DNA of 64,000 bases from Rebecca billardiae RCC1528 (GCA_965240325.2 OZ251222.1:558001-622000), one strand, 5' to 3'. Shown: positions 32,713 to 45,019, numbered from the stretch's first letter. Translations and numbers: made by a program. Notes: generated from the sequence alone by a model not told the origin.

Positions 32713-32840
32713 GTGAGGGTGGTGGTTGGTTGGGGGCTGGCCAGGGTAGGGCTGGAGGCTTCGGCCGCCAGCCTGATCACCCGGAGCCCGTTATAAAGGG
32801 GAATTTTAAAATAAAAAAATGGGACTTCACGCTGTACTGG

Positions 32841-35599
32841 ATGCTCCAGCGGCACGGCCGCTCTCCGCGCGGCGCCGGCGGCCCCTTCGCCGCCCTCGTC
32901 CTCCTCCTCGCGACGCGCCCCGCCTGCGCGCACCTCGTCGTCGAGACCGGTCCGCCACACCTGCGCGGCGCCGAGCTGCTCGCCGCGCCGTTCGCGTTCA
33001 CGCCCGCCACGTTTGACGTGCACGCACGGGTGGTGCTCACGCTCTCGGACGAGTGGAACGACGGGGCGTGCCCGCCCGTGTACGTCGGCCCTGAGTCGCT
33101 CGATGGCGCCATCGTCCTACGGCACAGACCGTCGATCTCCCACTGTTCGTACGAGTCGAACGCGCGCGGCGCGGGCGCTGCTGGCGCGGTCGGCTGGCTC
33201 ATCTACAGCGCGGCGGCGGAAACGAGCCTCGACCCGTTGCCGGGGTGGCGCTACTACCACTTTTGGCCCGGCGACTCGCGCAGTCTGCCCCACCCGCCCG
33301 CCGCCGACGTCACGCACCGCGGCGCGAGGCCGCTCGTCGATGCGCTCCTCGCTGGGCAGGAGGTGCGCGCTCGCTTCACGCGCTCGGAGACGGTGTGGAT
33401 GACGGTGCGCCTCTCGCCCGCGTGGGTCGCGCGCGACGTGCTGCTCGTCTTGCAGTCGCTCGTGCTCATCGAGCTCATCGCCAACCGGCTGTACGCGTTC
33501 TGGCGCGCGGACGGCCGGCTGTCGCCGGGCATCGCGCAGGCCGTGCTGCTGCTCGAGCTTGGCGCTCAGCTGGTGGCGCTCGTGCATCGGCTTGTGCAAT
33601 CGAGGAGGCTGCCGGTCCCGGTGTGGCAGCTCCTCATCTTCGCTTACCTCTCGATCAGCGTCGTCGCGGGCACGCTCTTCCTGCTCTACTGGGCGCAGGC
33701 CGCCTGGCCCTCCGCCGAAGTCGACGGCGTGCGCTTCGCGTCTCCCACGCTCGCGCACAGCCCGCGCGCGCGCCGCCGGCTGCTGGCGTTTGTGGTAGCC
33801 ATCGCGCTGTTCGACGTGGGCCTGGTCGCGTGCTTCTTCTTCCCGGCGCCGGATAGCTTTGTGGACCTGCAGCTCCTCACCGCTGCCGTGCTGCTGCCGC
33901 TCTTCGTCCTCGTGCTCTCGCTGCACACGCACTGGCGCGCGCGCACGGTGCTGCCGTCTCTGCCGCCTGGCGTCGCGCGCAGCCTGACGCGCTCGATGGC
34001 GTGCGCCAACGCAGCGTCTGCGGTCGCGCTGCTCGCGAGCGCGTGCATAGCCCCCGCGACGGGGCACCCATGGTTGTACATGGTTGCGACCTTCGTCCTT
34101 CCAAGCGCGCTCAGCGTGAGCTCCGCCGTGCACGCCACCACGTTTGCGCCCCTCGGCGTGCAGCTGGTGCCAGGGCCGCTCGAGCGCTGCGCGCGCGCTC
34201 TGCTCGCGGCCGCCGCTCGCCTGTGCTCGTTCGCGTGGCGCGCGGTGCGGTGGCTTGGGCGCTGCGACGCGAACGCAGCCATTTCGGCAGCGGCTCGCCT
34301 CTCCGCCTCCGGCGCGCCCTCCGCCGACCCCGCGCACGCCTCGGCCTCGGCCCACGGTGCGCTGCCCCGTTGGCTCTGCGTGACTCGGCCACACAAGGTG
34401 GTGCCGGCGGCCAGTGCTGCGGCCGTCCAGCAGCCGGAGGCGCCTGGGCTTGAGGAAGAGCGGCCGCACCTGCTCCTGGGCGTGCAGCTGGGCTACCTGC
34501 GCGAGCTGCGGGCCGAACTCCATGTCCCGCCCGGCGTCGCCTCCTACCAGGTCGGCATTCTCGCCAAGCGGCTCAGCATGTCGGCGCCCGCTCGGCACGT
34601 GCTCGGGTTCAACGGCCCATTCGGCCCGTGCTCAGTGGCGGAGCTGGTGAGGGATCGGCGCACGGCGGACGGCCGCCCGGCGGTGGCGCGCGCCAACCTG
34701 TTCGTCAGCCACGCGCAGGTCTGCCCTTTCGACGACATGCTCTCCGCCGTCGAGCTGTACGCACGCATCCACGACCTGAAGCCCACCGACACCTACCTCT
34801 GTGCGCGCTGCAGCGCGGGGGCGAGATTGCATCTCGCGCACCGCCGGCGCGCGGGCGAGATCGCTTCTCGCGCGCCGGCTGGCTCGCGCGTGGCGCGGCG
34901 TGGCCTCGCGCCACCCGGCCTGCTGCTGCTCTTGCCCAGCGTGTGCACGGGGCGCGCGCGGCGGGTCCGTCCTCACTCGGTGTGAAGACTCACAGACAGC
35001 GCGCCCCGCGTGTGCCGCGCGCCGCGCGCTCACGGCGCAGGGATCGATGTGCTGTGCATGCGGCAGGGCATGTCCCGGCAGGAGGTCCGGCACATCGGCG
35101 ACATTGTGCGCGCCACCGGTCGAATCGTGCTCGTGCTGCAGCCGTGGGCGGCGCCCGTGTGCCTCACGCGTTCGTGGTGTCTCTGTACGCGGCGCGCGCC
35201 CGTGCGCGCGGCCACTGCGGCGCATGGCGCGAACATGCGAACGCGAGTGCGCGCCTTGACAGCCCGACCACACACGCGCACTGCCCGCCGCCCGCCACCG
35301 CAGTCGAGGTGCTCATGGCTGCCTTGGGGGACCTGACCATGGGCATTGCGCTGCCCACGGCCGAGCTCCGCGCGGCCGCGGCGGCGCTCGCGACCGACCG
35401 CGCCAGCTTCGACTCTGCGCTCACCGGGTTCGATGTGCGCTCCTCCGTGTCCTCCGTGGAGGAGGACAGGCGGATCATCTTTGAGATGCTCGAGGACCTC
35501 TTCGGCGATGCGGAGGCGGGCGCCGACGAGTTCAACGCTAAGACGCACGCTGCGTTGCGCAAGGCGCTGGCCGGCTTCTCATGGTCAGCTGCCGTGTGA
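32841..35599 (+). CDS. Signal peptide-PA domain-7TM-HET/TIR-like receptor protein; exons 32841-34800, 35041-35184, 35304-35599
   Basis: PA-like LDGAIVL..C.YESNARGAGAAGAVGWLIY; seven hydrophobic helices; spliced C-terminus ANLFVSHAQ...YLWIDVLCMRQ...VLVLQPWAAPVCLTRSWCLFEV. Confidence 0.7.
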
Positions 35600-35937
35600 T
35601 CTCACCGCGGGAATCCGCCCGCTATGGCCGCTATACTCATCTGTAGTCATCACATCACACTGCGTATACTACTGCTGAGTGCTGTCTGACGCAGCAAAAG
35701 CCAGCATGCGACGGTCATGGTCATGGACTGCTGATCCGCGCCGCGGTTGGCATTCACACTGCCGCCATCACTACTACTACGACTATGAGTACTACTACTA
35801 CTAGACACCGGCATCACTCGGGTCTGGGACCGCAAGTCCGACTCGGGAGTGACCGCAACGACCGATACAGTCCGCGCCGGTCCTGTCGGCCGGGGCGGGC
35901 TGTAGCCTAGCTACCGCCGCTCTGCTAGTGCGGTAGT

Positions 35938-37625
35938 GACAGGTTGCACGGAAAAATGACCGCCCGCGACTGACAGATGTTACATTCCCAGTGGACGCGA
36001 CCTGTCCACCCGTCTTTCGGTACATGGCGCCGTCGCCGTGCGCCCGGAAGCGGCGCGCGCTCTCGCGCGCTGCACGATGCCCGCTGTTGCGGGTGCAGCG
36101 CGCCACTCCGCGCCTCGATCGGCCTCTTCCTGCTTGAGTAGCATGTACCGAAAGTCAACCACCCTTGAGCTCCAATCGCGACATCGCGCAGCCGCGCGGC
36201 ACGTTCGCGCGGCATCTGAGTCACAGAGGGCAGCAGAGCAGGCCGTCTCAGCCTGGAAGAGTCCCAGGCCCGGTGTGAAGAGACGTAGCAATGCAAGGTG
36301 GATACGTGCCGTGCACGTCGCAGTCTGGCCGCACACGACGTTCGCAGCCTACGACTCGCGCGTGCGTGCTTGCGCTCGGCCACGTCCATTCATCAGCCGT
36401 GCGTGTATTGGATGGAGCGCGCGCGCGACTGGTCTTGCACATCACGTTGCGCAGCAACAGTCGCGGGAAGAGACACGCGACACTCATAGTATGCGACAAC
36501 CTTGCAATGTTCATCCAGCGCGTGTTGGTGAGGGTCGAAAAGCTGGCGGCGGCTACCTCTCAACCGCTCGGTTGCACTTGATGGTGCATGCGCGCCGGCC
36601 GGAGCGCTGAAGTGTCAGAGTCGTGGCATGCTCGAGGCTCTTGGATGAGGAGACGGCCGCTACGCAGTCTATCTATGTCGTCAGCATGAAGAACGGCATC
36701 CACGCACGACGCCTCGCGAACGCACACCTGCTTCCGCGCTGTGACACGCATCGACAAGAACCGCTCAGCAGGCTGACGAGGCACCACGCCTCACTCACGC
36801 CCAAGAACAGCAGGGCGAGTGCTAAGAAGCGGGCGAAGGAAGCTGTCGCTCGCTGCGGCAAGGACGCTCTCACTGTATGAATGTCATTGAGCCCTACATA
36901 GCCTTCTTTGTCTCGCGTGAGCTCAGCATCAAGGGTGAGGCGCGAGGTGTTGCGCAGACGGTCGCACAGGCTCACGTAGACAGCTCGATGGTGATGATCG
37001 AGAGCTTCTATCAAGTGTTCAGATGCAGAGCGCGTGCGTACACCGAGCAGGAGCTGACGACCTACATGGTATCTATGCCACGCGTGGATCTCCCCGCCGG
37101 CCCACAAGTCGCTGACGACTTATTGTCGAACTCGAATGCTCGCGCGCGGCATTGCGGGCGAAGGCTGCACTCGGGCGACGAGCTCGGTCCGATCATGACG
37201 GTTTGCCATACTGCGCGTGGTGACGGGCGTTGGGCTCGAGACGGATGGCGCGGGCGGTGTGACGCAGATAGAGCTGGGCGTGTGCGCTCGCTCCGAGACG
37301 CGTCGAAGGGAGGACTGTCTCCAGCTGCCTGATGATCCTGGACGAGAGGGTGATGCTGCTGTGGCTGTTTGCCGTCTCACGCGACGTGTGATGGGATGAT
37401 GACAGTCACTGCCGACGGCGAGGGGGTCCCGGCTGTGCTAGCTCAAGGGATGTAGCGCACGCGGACAAGTCCTGACGACACGCGCATTCAGCTAGTCATG
37501 ATGCGGGGCTGCATCGACACGCGAGGCGCGCGCCACCCACGAGCGGCGAGTGGGCGGGCGCCATCCTTCAGAGGCGCCGTCTCTCAGAAATGTAACACCA
37601 AGGACAGTTTCCTGTGCAACCTGTC
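35938..37625. mobile_element. Non-autonomous/degenerate TIR DNA transposon, 1688 bp, 4-bp TSD
   Basis: TIRs GACAGGTTGCAC / GTGCAACCTGTC, subterminal TGTTACATT / AATGTAACA, TAGT on both sides; lower-GC interior with broken ORFs. Confidence 0.65.
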
Positions 37626-37804
37626 TAGTACTAACTATAGCAGTCGTGGCGCGTACTGTGATGCTTATACCCGGACCGTGTCACCGGTGACTCGGCAGTA
37701 CACTGTACAGTCCCGTCTGCCCGCTGCCGTTCATACTACTGCGGTCGTCACACGCGCGTAAACCGATGTCGCCGCGCGCGCCGGCCAGCGGCAGCTAGTG
37801 CAGC

Positions 37805-37935
<131 letters not shown>

Positions 37936-38065
37936 CAATCCATCCCAGCGTTGGCGGCGGCATGGTCCTCGTCGTCTCGGCCCCCGCGCGGCTCTCGTCA
38001 GCCTCTGGCGGGGAGCCCGTGGGGGCCACGCGTCGCTGCCGCAGGCCGCTGTGATACCGACAAGG

Positions 38066-38556
38066 ATGACGACGCGCATGCGCGCCCGCGCGGGCTCGAG
38101 TGCGCCTTCCCCTCCTGCAAGGACGGCGAGATGCTGGCACTCTCACACAAACTCTTGCTCATCTCGTCGCTCGTGCAGGCGGTGTTGGCGGATGCGGGCA
38201 CGCGGCAGACGCGCGGTGCTGACGATGGCGACGATCACTACTACGACGACGACGTGCATGTGCGCCCGCGCGGGCTCGCGTGCGCCTTCCCCTCCTGCAA
38301 GGACGGCGAGATGCTGGCACTCTCACACAAACTCTTGCTCATCTCGTCGCTCGTGCGGGCGGTGTTGGCGGATGCGGGCACGCGGCAGACGCGCGGTGCT
38401 GACGATGGCGACGATCACTACTACGACGACGACGTGCATGCGCGCCCGCGCGGGCTCGCGTGCGCCTTCCCCTCCTGCAGGGACGGCGAGATGCTGGCAC
38501 TCTCACACAAACCCTTGCTCATCTCGTCGCTCGGGCGGGCGGTGTTGGCGGATGCG
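38066..38556. repeat. 180-bp tandem repeat, ~2.7 near-identical copies
   Basis: Sequence at 38101, 38281 and 38461 is nearly identical. Confidence 0.95.
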
Positions 38557-39096
38557 AGCGCGCCTGAGCCGGTGACACGCGTTGCTGACGACGACGCTTT
38601 CTACATTTCCCTGCAGCAGCCCGCCGGCGGGCCGGGCTGCGACGTCGACTACACCCTCATCCGCTTCATCGACCTGAGCGCGCTAGGCGGCGCGCTCACT
38701 CTCCAAGCCCCTCTTCTGCAGCTGCGCGCCGCTAGGCCGGTACGCGGCGACGTGTACTACGACCTCATCTTCATCCAGGCGCCCACGCGGGCGCCCGGGG
38801 GCGACAGCCGCGGCTGTCGCTTCCCGCAGCTGCACGCCGCTAGGTCGGCAGGCGGCGACATCGACTACGACCTCAGCCTCATCCAAGTGCTTCACCGGAA
38901 GGCGCTCGGCCGCGGCGGCATCTGCCGTCGCCGCCGCGTGCCCCAGGCCGAGGCGGTGCTCCATCCCGCCCCCGCTCCCGTAGGGGGGCAGGGCTGCGGG
39001 TGGCGCACTGCCTGACCTGGTCGGAAGGCGCGGACGCATTCTATATGTGTCTGCTGCACTCTGAGCCTGACGCTTGCCCGTTGCATACCACGTCGT

Positions 39097-39225
<129 letters not shown>

Positions 39226-39591
39226 CTATAGTCGTGTCGCGTCGTCGTAGTCATCAGCAGAATGCACGCAGTCTGAGTCTGCATACTGTGATGCCATTAT
39301 GACTGCTATACGATGGCCGTCCGAAGGCCCGAGGCCGCTAGTGCCGCTTGGTCGCCGATGTCGGTCGCCGGAAGCAAGCAGTACGTAGTCATGCTCGGGC
39401 GGGTGGCATCACCATCGCGCGTTGTCGTGCTGTCCGGGGCAGCGCTTGGCACGGACCCATGCTGCGAAGTCGAAGTGTGAGCACTGGGTGCCAGCGAGTG
39501 CCTCGACTTTGGGTGCCAGCGCCGTCGCACCAAGAGGTGAGCACGGACCGCAACTTGGTCGAGTTGGGCCGAGCGCCCCCGGGCGGCGGGC

Positions 39592-40344
39592 CTAGCTCAG
39601 GTCCAGACGCGGCGGGGCGCTGTCTCGCATTCGGATCAGGTACGAGTTGGGGCACCAGCACACGTTCTCGCCGAAGAAGTCGCAGTACCGCGTGTCCACG
39701 GCGTACATCCCCGCCGGCTGCGCGTTGAGGAAGGCGGCCACCGCGTCCATCTTGTCCGCGTCGACCGTGTCCTCCACAACCACGTAGTCGCCCGCTTGTA
39801 GTATTGGGTCGAAGAAGCGCAGCACGCCCTCAACGTTGACGTGCGCATCCTCGAGGACGACGAGCGGGTGCTCGAGGCCGTCGAGGAAGGCCGGCGTGAG
39901 CACCTCGTGCAGCGCATTCGCGTCCGCCTGCATGAAGGTCAGTGCGCCGGCGTCCTGCGCCGCGAGCGCAGCGTCATCAATGTAGTCGAGGGTGATGTCG
40001 AGCGAATACACGTGGCAGTCGTCCATGCCGAGCGCGCTGGACTGGTCAGCGAGGAAGAGCGCGCTCCCGCCGGACAGCGCGCCAAGCTCGATGATCGTCC
40101 TCGGCCGCACCTCGCGCAGCAGCTCGAGTAGGATGCACGTGTCGAACGGGCTCTTCCACATCGGCACGCCGCGCCAGTTGGCATTTTGCCGCTTGTTGGC
40201 GTTGATGACGTCGAGCACGCCGTCCGGGAGCGCAGACGAGCGTGCTCGCTCGCCGAATGGCACGAAGCGGCGCTGCGGCGCCGACATCGGGCCAGCGACA
40301 GAGGAGGTGATGGCCACGATGACGGCGACGGGAACGGCCGCCAT
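39592..40344 (-). CDS. cmcI: CmcI (cephalosporin hydroxylase / rhamnosyl O-methyltransferase-like) SAM-dependent methyltransferase
   Basis: WRGVPMWKSPFD...VRPRTIIELGALSGGSALFLAD...VLEDAH...GDYVVVED. Confidence 0.85.
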   Translation of the reverse strand: MAAVPVAVIVAITSSVAGPMSAPQRRFVPFGERARSSALPDGVLDVINANKRQNANWRGVPMWKSPFDTCILLELLREVRPRTIIELGALSGGSALFLADQSSALGMDDCHVYSLDITLDYIDDAALAAQDAGALTFMQADANALHEVLTPAFLDGLEHPLVVLEDAHVNVEGVLRFFDPILQAGDYVVVEDTVDADKMDAVAAFLNAQPAGMYAVDTRYCDFFGENVCWCPNSYLIRMRDSAPPRLDLS

Positions 40345-40452
40345 CGTGGCTGCGGACGTGAGACGGCCGGTTGCTGGCTTGCTCACACAGCCGGCACCTG
40401 CATCTTGTCATCGGCGGGCGCCGCCGCCATCGCCTCGACGCCTCCGCCCGCA

Positions 40453-41345
40453 ATGCCTCTGGAGGTGATGGGTTTCTGTGGCGCGGACGACTCTGTCGAC
40501 CCGCGCCTTCTGATTGCGCTCTCGAATGCGTACAGCTTCGTCGAGTGGGGTGTCCTCTTTCGGCCCGACAAGGAGGGCCAGCCTCGCTATGCCTCGGCCG
40601 AATGGGTTGAGAGGCTCAGCGCGGCGCGACGCGCGGCGGGCGGCACCGCGCGGCTCGCGGCGCACCTGTGCTCGTCGCGCGTGGACGAGATCTTGCGAGC
40701 GGACGCGTCGTTTGTCAAACGTCTACGCGACCTCGGCTTCGGACGAGTCCAGGTGAACGCGACTGCGGTGAACGGTGTCAACATGTCGCTCGTAAATGAC
40801 AGCGCGCACGCGAGGCTGCTCGAGGTGTGCAGCGCGTGCCCCGAGCTCGAGTTCATCGTGCAGCACAACGCAGAGACGATGCCTCTGTGGAAGCCCATAC
40901 TCGCCAACGGGCCGCCACCCAACATGAGCATCCTCTTCGACGAGTCGAAGGGCACCGGCCAGCTCTCCGGCACATTTGCTCAGCCGCCGCACGGCGTGCG
41001 CTGCGGATACGCGGGTGCGCGCGGGCGCGTTGGCGGGCGACGAGCCGAGCGGCTCGCATGTCGCGGCGGCTCGCCATGCCGCCGTGCCCACATGCCCACA
41101 TGCCTCAGCCAGCCTCCGCACCCGCGTGCGCGGCGCGCCCCGCAGGCGGCCTTGGACCGGCCAACATCGCGGCGAGCCTGGAGGCTGTCCTTGCGAGCGC
41201 GGGCGCGAGCAAAGGCCTGTGGGTGGACATGGAGAGCTCCCTGCGCACGCGGACAGCAGAGGGTGAGGACGTTTTCGACGTGAGCAAGTGCTTCGCGTGC
41301 GCCATGGCTGCCGTCGATGGTGGCATCCTGGCCGCCTCGAAGTGA
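40453..41345 (+). CDS. TrpF/PRAI-like TIM-barrel protein of unknown function; intron 41015-41145
   Basis: GFCGADDSV...VEWGVL...PRY...LAAHLC...VQVN...ILFDESKGTG...GYAGGLGPANI...WVDMESSLR. Confidence 0.75.
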
Positions 41346-41932
41346 CGCGTAGTCTGGCTGGCCCAGGCACGAGATGACGGTGTGACTGCGGACGGGCGCA
41401 ACCACGCAAGCTTCCCCTGGAGGCCCATGGCGTTCCCGCTTCTACGCAGGCGATGCCAGCGGAGGGGCTCCCAAGGCCTCGAGCGGAGCAGGCGGTGCAC
41501 GAGCCGGCGGTCGCGCCTGGGGAGCTTTCGGCCACTTGCTGTCGTCCGAGCTGGCCAGCTGCCGCGCTGTGTGCATTTCACACTACTAATTAGTACTTGT
41601 CTCTGTACAGCCTTCTGGGCTTCTGGCGGACGCGGTCCGCAGGCTCAGGACTGACGAGGGAGGACGACGACGCAGCAGCCTGCGGAGTACGGAGCTACGT
41701 CTCAACTCTCTCGCGCGATGACTCTAACTCGATAGCGATCTCTCTGCTCATCGTCACTGTCATCTGATCATCTCTGACTCACAAACATATACTACAATAA
41801 TAATAAGTGAGTTATATTCATCTAGTAACTAGAGTCTCAGCTCTCTCTCTCTCCGTGCTTCTCTCTCTCTCATCATCTCTCTTTTATCGCGTCTCGTCTC
41901 TGCTGATGGAGAAATCGAATGAAATACCGCTG

Positions 41933-42670
41933 GGCTCGCTCCGGCTTCGGTCCCCCCCCCCCCCCCAGTCCGGACTCCGGTTACCACTGGAGCGTCACAT
42001 CTTATTGACACTGCAATCGGCGGGATCGCCGCCTCTGATGATCTACAATAGCTCAGACTAGACCATCCCAGGGCCAGGCGGTCCCTTGGACGACATTACG
42101 GCCACGCGGATGGATCACGAGCCACACCTCCAATAGGTAGTTCAGACTCTATTTCCTAAAACGTAATACCGCCCCTTCCGGGTATCATCATGTTCGCATA
42201 TGTATATAGGTGTCCGGAACGCTCCCGGACTGTGCTGAAATATGAATAAGGGACGGGTAATTACATAGTAAAATAGAGTCTGAACCTATTGGGAGGTGGA
42301 GTCGGTCGGATGCGACATTTCTTTCTCGTTGAACTTGACTCCGACTAGTGACTACCTCACCCGCGGCTGTGCCCAACGCGCTCACACGGCCTCTGTACCT
42401 CCAATCAGTACTTCGACAGACGAATCAGGATCGAGCTGCGCCCTCGTGCCTGTGTCTTTAAATCATAGAATTAGTTGAAGTCATCCGAATCATCGGTGAT
42501 CGGGGGTCGGAAGGGACTCTGACACTGCTGCATGGTCCGCTTGGTTAATGGTTGTCGTTGATGCCGGCTTGAACTCCTTCGTCTTCGGGCTTCGGCTCCG
42601 CGCGGGGGCCGGGCGGCCAAGAGGCACTAGACGTAACGGAGCTGGGGGGTGGTGGACCGGAGCCGGAGCC
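41933..42670. repeat. Degenerate foldback (long inverted-repeat) element
   Basis: 41933-41984 is inverted relative to 42630-42670, and CCAATAGG..TTCAGACTCTATTT (~42130-42155) is inverted relative to AAATAGAGTCTGAACCTATTGG (~42270-42292). Confidence 0.6.
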
Positions 42671-42994
42671 ACTGGCCACTGACTGGCGCTGACTACGTAC
42701 TACTTATACTAGTTGCGTAGTAGACTGCGCGCCGCGCGGGGCCTGACAGCATTCTGCATTGACCGACAGTCTGTGACCGTGACGTCAGTCCGTGTGCGCG
42801 GTGTGGCCCGCGCGTGTTCGCCGGGCCGTGTTGCCAAGCGCGTTGGCTGTTGCTATATCAGTATAATACGGAATTATTTGCTCGTTCTGAAGCGCATGCA
42901 GGCCCCCACAGGTTGCGAAGACGAACTCCTAAGAGCCAGGCCCACGCGAGGGTCACGACGTGCCGCTGGGGCCTAACACCGCAGGGCGCGCACC

Positions 42995-43573
42995 CTACTC
43001 GTACATCCAGGGGAGGGTGTGCGACTCCCAGCTGAGGAGCTCGTCGGCCGTGAACCAGAGGCCAATCTCGCGCTGCGCGTTCTCCACAGAGTCGGAGCCG
43101 TGGCAGATGTTCTTGCCCACGTCGATGCAATAGTCGCCACGGATTGTGCCCGGCGCCGACTCCTGCGGGTTCGTGGCCCCGAGCATCGAGCGGCCGACGG
43201 CGACGACGCCCTTGCCCTCCCAGACCATTGCGCACACGGGCCCCGAGAGCATGTACTCGAGCAGGCGCGGGAAGAAGGGCTTCTCCACGAGCTGGTCGTA
43301 GTGCTGGCGGAGGAGCTCCTCGGTCGGACTCATGAGCTTGAGCCCGCGCAGCGTGTAGCCGCGCTGCTCGAACCGCCCGATGATCGTCCCAATCAGCCCG
43401 CGCTGCACGCCGTCCGGCTTCACCATGATGTACGTGCGCTCGCCCGCGTCAGCCATGCGCACGGCGCTCGCCGAGACAGCTGGGCGCGCGCGCGTGGCGA
43501 ACGCAGATGGGCGCGTGGCGAACGCCGCGGCCGACGCCACCGCCGACGCCAGCACTACGAGCCGGAGCTGCAT
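42995..43573 (-). CDS. ndk: Nucleoside diphosphate kinase with bipartite (signal plus transit) plastid-type leader
   Basis: [18 protein letters not shown]...PGTIRGD...KNICHGSDS; leader [18 protein letters not shown]. Confidence 0.95.
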   Translation of the reverse strand: MQLRLVVLASAVASAAAFATRPSAFATRARPAVSASAVRMADAGERTYIMVKPDGVQRGLIGTIIGRFEQRGYTLRGLKLMSPTEELLRQHYDQLVEKPFFPRLLEYMLSGPVCAMVWEGKGVVAVGRSMLGATNPQESAPGTIRGDYCIDVGKNICHGSDSVENAQREIGLWFTADELLSWESHTLPWMYE

Positions 43574-43807
43574 TGCGGGCATGACCTTGCGCGTGCTGAT
43601 TACGTCGAACGTCGTCGCCGGCGTAAGTTCGGCCGAGCGGTGCTGCTTCTCGCACCGTCTCGAGTGACAGATTATTGCGAGTGAACCCCGGGCGGCCGGA
43701 CATCCTTCACACACCTTCAACCTAGATGGCGGTTTGATCATCCTGATCCGGATGGTTAGAATGAGCTGCGGCGGAAAAATGCGCGCACGACGATGTCAAG
43801 GGAGGTG

Positions 43808-45019
43808 ATGCCGACGTCCACGTCCAGTCTCCTACCGCGGCTCTTGCTGGTGATCATCGGAGCAAGCCATGCCTCCTCCCGGCCCACTCCATTTGCCGTG
43901 GTCGCGTACCTACCAGAGTGGCGGTACGAGGGCTGCAACTTCGACTGGCTGGCCTCGCGCACGTCGCACGTGATCCTGTTCAGCTTGGAGCCAATGGCCA
44001 ACGGCTCGATCGCAGCGCTCGACCGCCTCCCTCGTCGGGCTTTGCTCGACGAGGCCCGCGAGGCTGCGTCGCGCCACGACACGCAGCTCATGGTGTGCTT
44101 CGGCGGCAACGGCAGATCCAGCGGCTTCTCGCGCATGACCCGCGATCCAGCCTCGCGCGCGCGCTTTGTTTCTGAGGTCGAGAGCTTGCTCACAGCCCAC
44201 GGGCTCGACGGGGTGGACATCAACTGGGAGTACCCGGGTTACAGCTTCGGCAGAGGCTACGCTGCCCCGGCGGAGGTCTCGCGCGAGTACGACGGGCTGC
44301 TCGCCCTCCTGCGCGACTTGCGCGCCGTCCTTGCGCCAGCCGGCCGACAGCTCACCGCTGCCTACTACCCCGATGGCAGGCAGGAGCGCCTGTTCGCGAC
44401 GCACGGCGCGGGCGGCGCGGGTATCTTGCAGTACGTGGACCTGCTTCACGCCATGGCGTACGACGCGTCCGAGCCCGATGGCCAGCACTCCAGCCTCCGC
44501 CTCGCGCGCGCGGTGCTCGAGCAGGCGCGGCGCGAGCGCGTGCTGCACAAGCTCACGCTCGGGGTGCCCTTCTACGCGCGGCACGTGCGCACGGGCGCGT
44601 GGACGTCGTACGAGGACCTGCTGCTGCGGGGGCTGGTCGCGAGCCCGGAGGAGGACACCGCGAGCGAGCCGCGCGGGGATGGCGGCGGCGGCGGCGGCAT
44701 GGTGGCGTTCAACGGCGTGCGAACCATCGAGACCAAGGTCGAGCTCGCGCTGCAGGCGGGCGCGCGCGGCGTGATGATTTGGGAAGGCGGTCAAGACTGC
44801 CGGGTGCGCGCCGTGGGGCCGCGCGATGACGGGAGGGTGCATGTGCGCACGTGCCCTGGCAGCGGCGACGAGTGGTCTCTGCTCGCGGCGATCAACCGCA
44901 CCATCGAGCGGACCAAGCCAGAGCACAGGGTTGGGGCTGGCAACGGTCAGCTCCCGGGGGACGATTCAGACGATCACCATGCCGACGGCGACACTGGCGA
45001 ATCATGTGCCAGCGAGTAG
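43808..45019 (+). CDS. Secreted glycoside hydrolase family 18 (chitinase-like) protein
   Basis: Signal peptide, VVAYLPEW, LMVCFGG, GLDGVDINWEYP, MAYD, KLTLGVPFYAR, GVMIWE. Confidence 0.9.
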   Translation: MPTSTSSLLPRLLLVIIGASHASSRPTPFAVVAYLPEWRYEGCNFDWLASRTSHVILFSLEPMANGSIAALDRLPRRALLDEAREAASRHDTQLMVCFGGNGRSSGFSRMTRDPASRARFVSEVESLLTAHGLDGVDINWEYPGYSFGRGYAAPAEVSREYDGLLALLRDLRAVLAPAGRQLTAAYYPDGRQERLFATHGAGGAGILQYVDLLHAMAYDASEPDGQHSSLRLARAVLEQARRERVLHKLTLGVPFYARHVRTGAWTSYEDLLLRGLVASPEEDTASEPRGDGGGGGGMVAFNGVRTIETKVELALQAGARGVMIWEGGQDCRVRAVGPRDDGRVHVRTCPGSGDEWSLLAAINRTIERTKPEHRVGAGNGQLPGDDSDDHHADGDTGESCASE

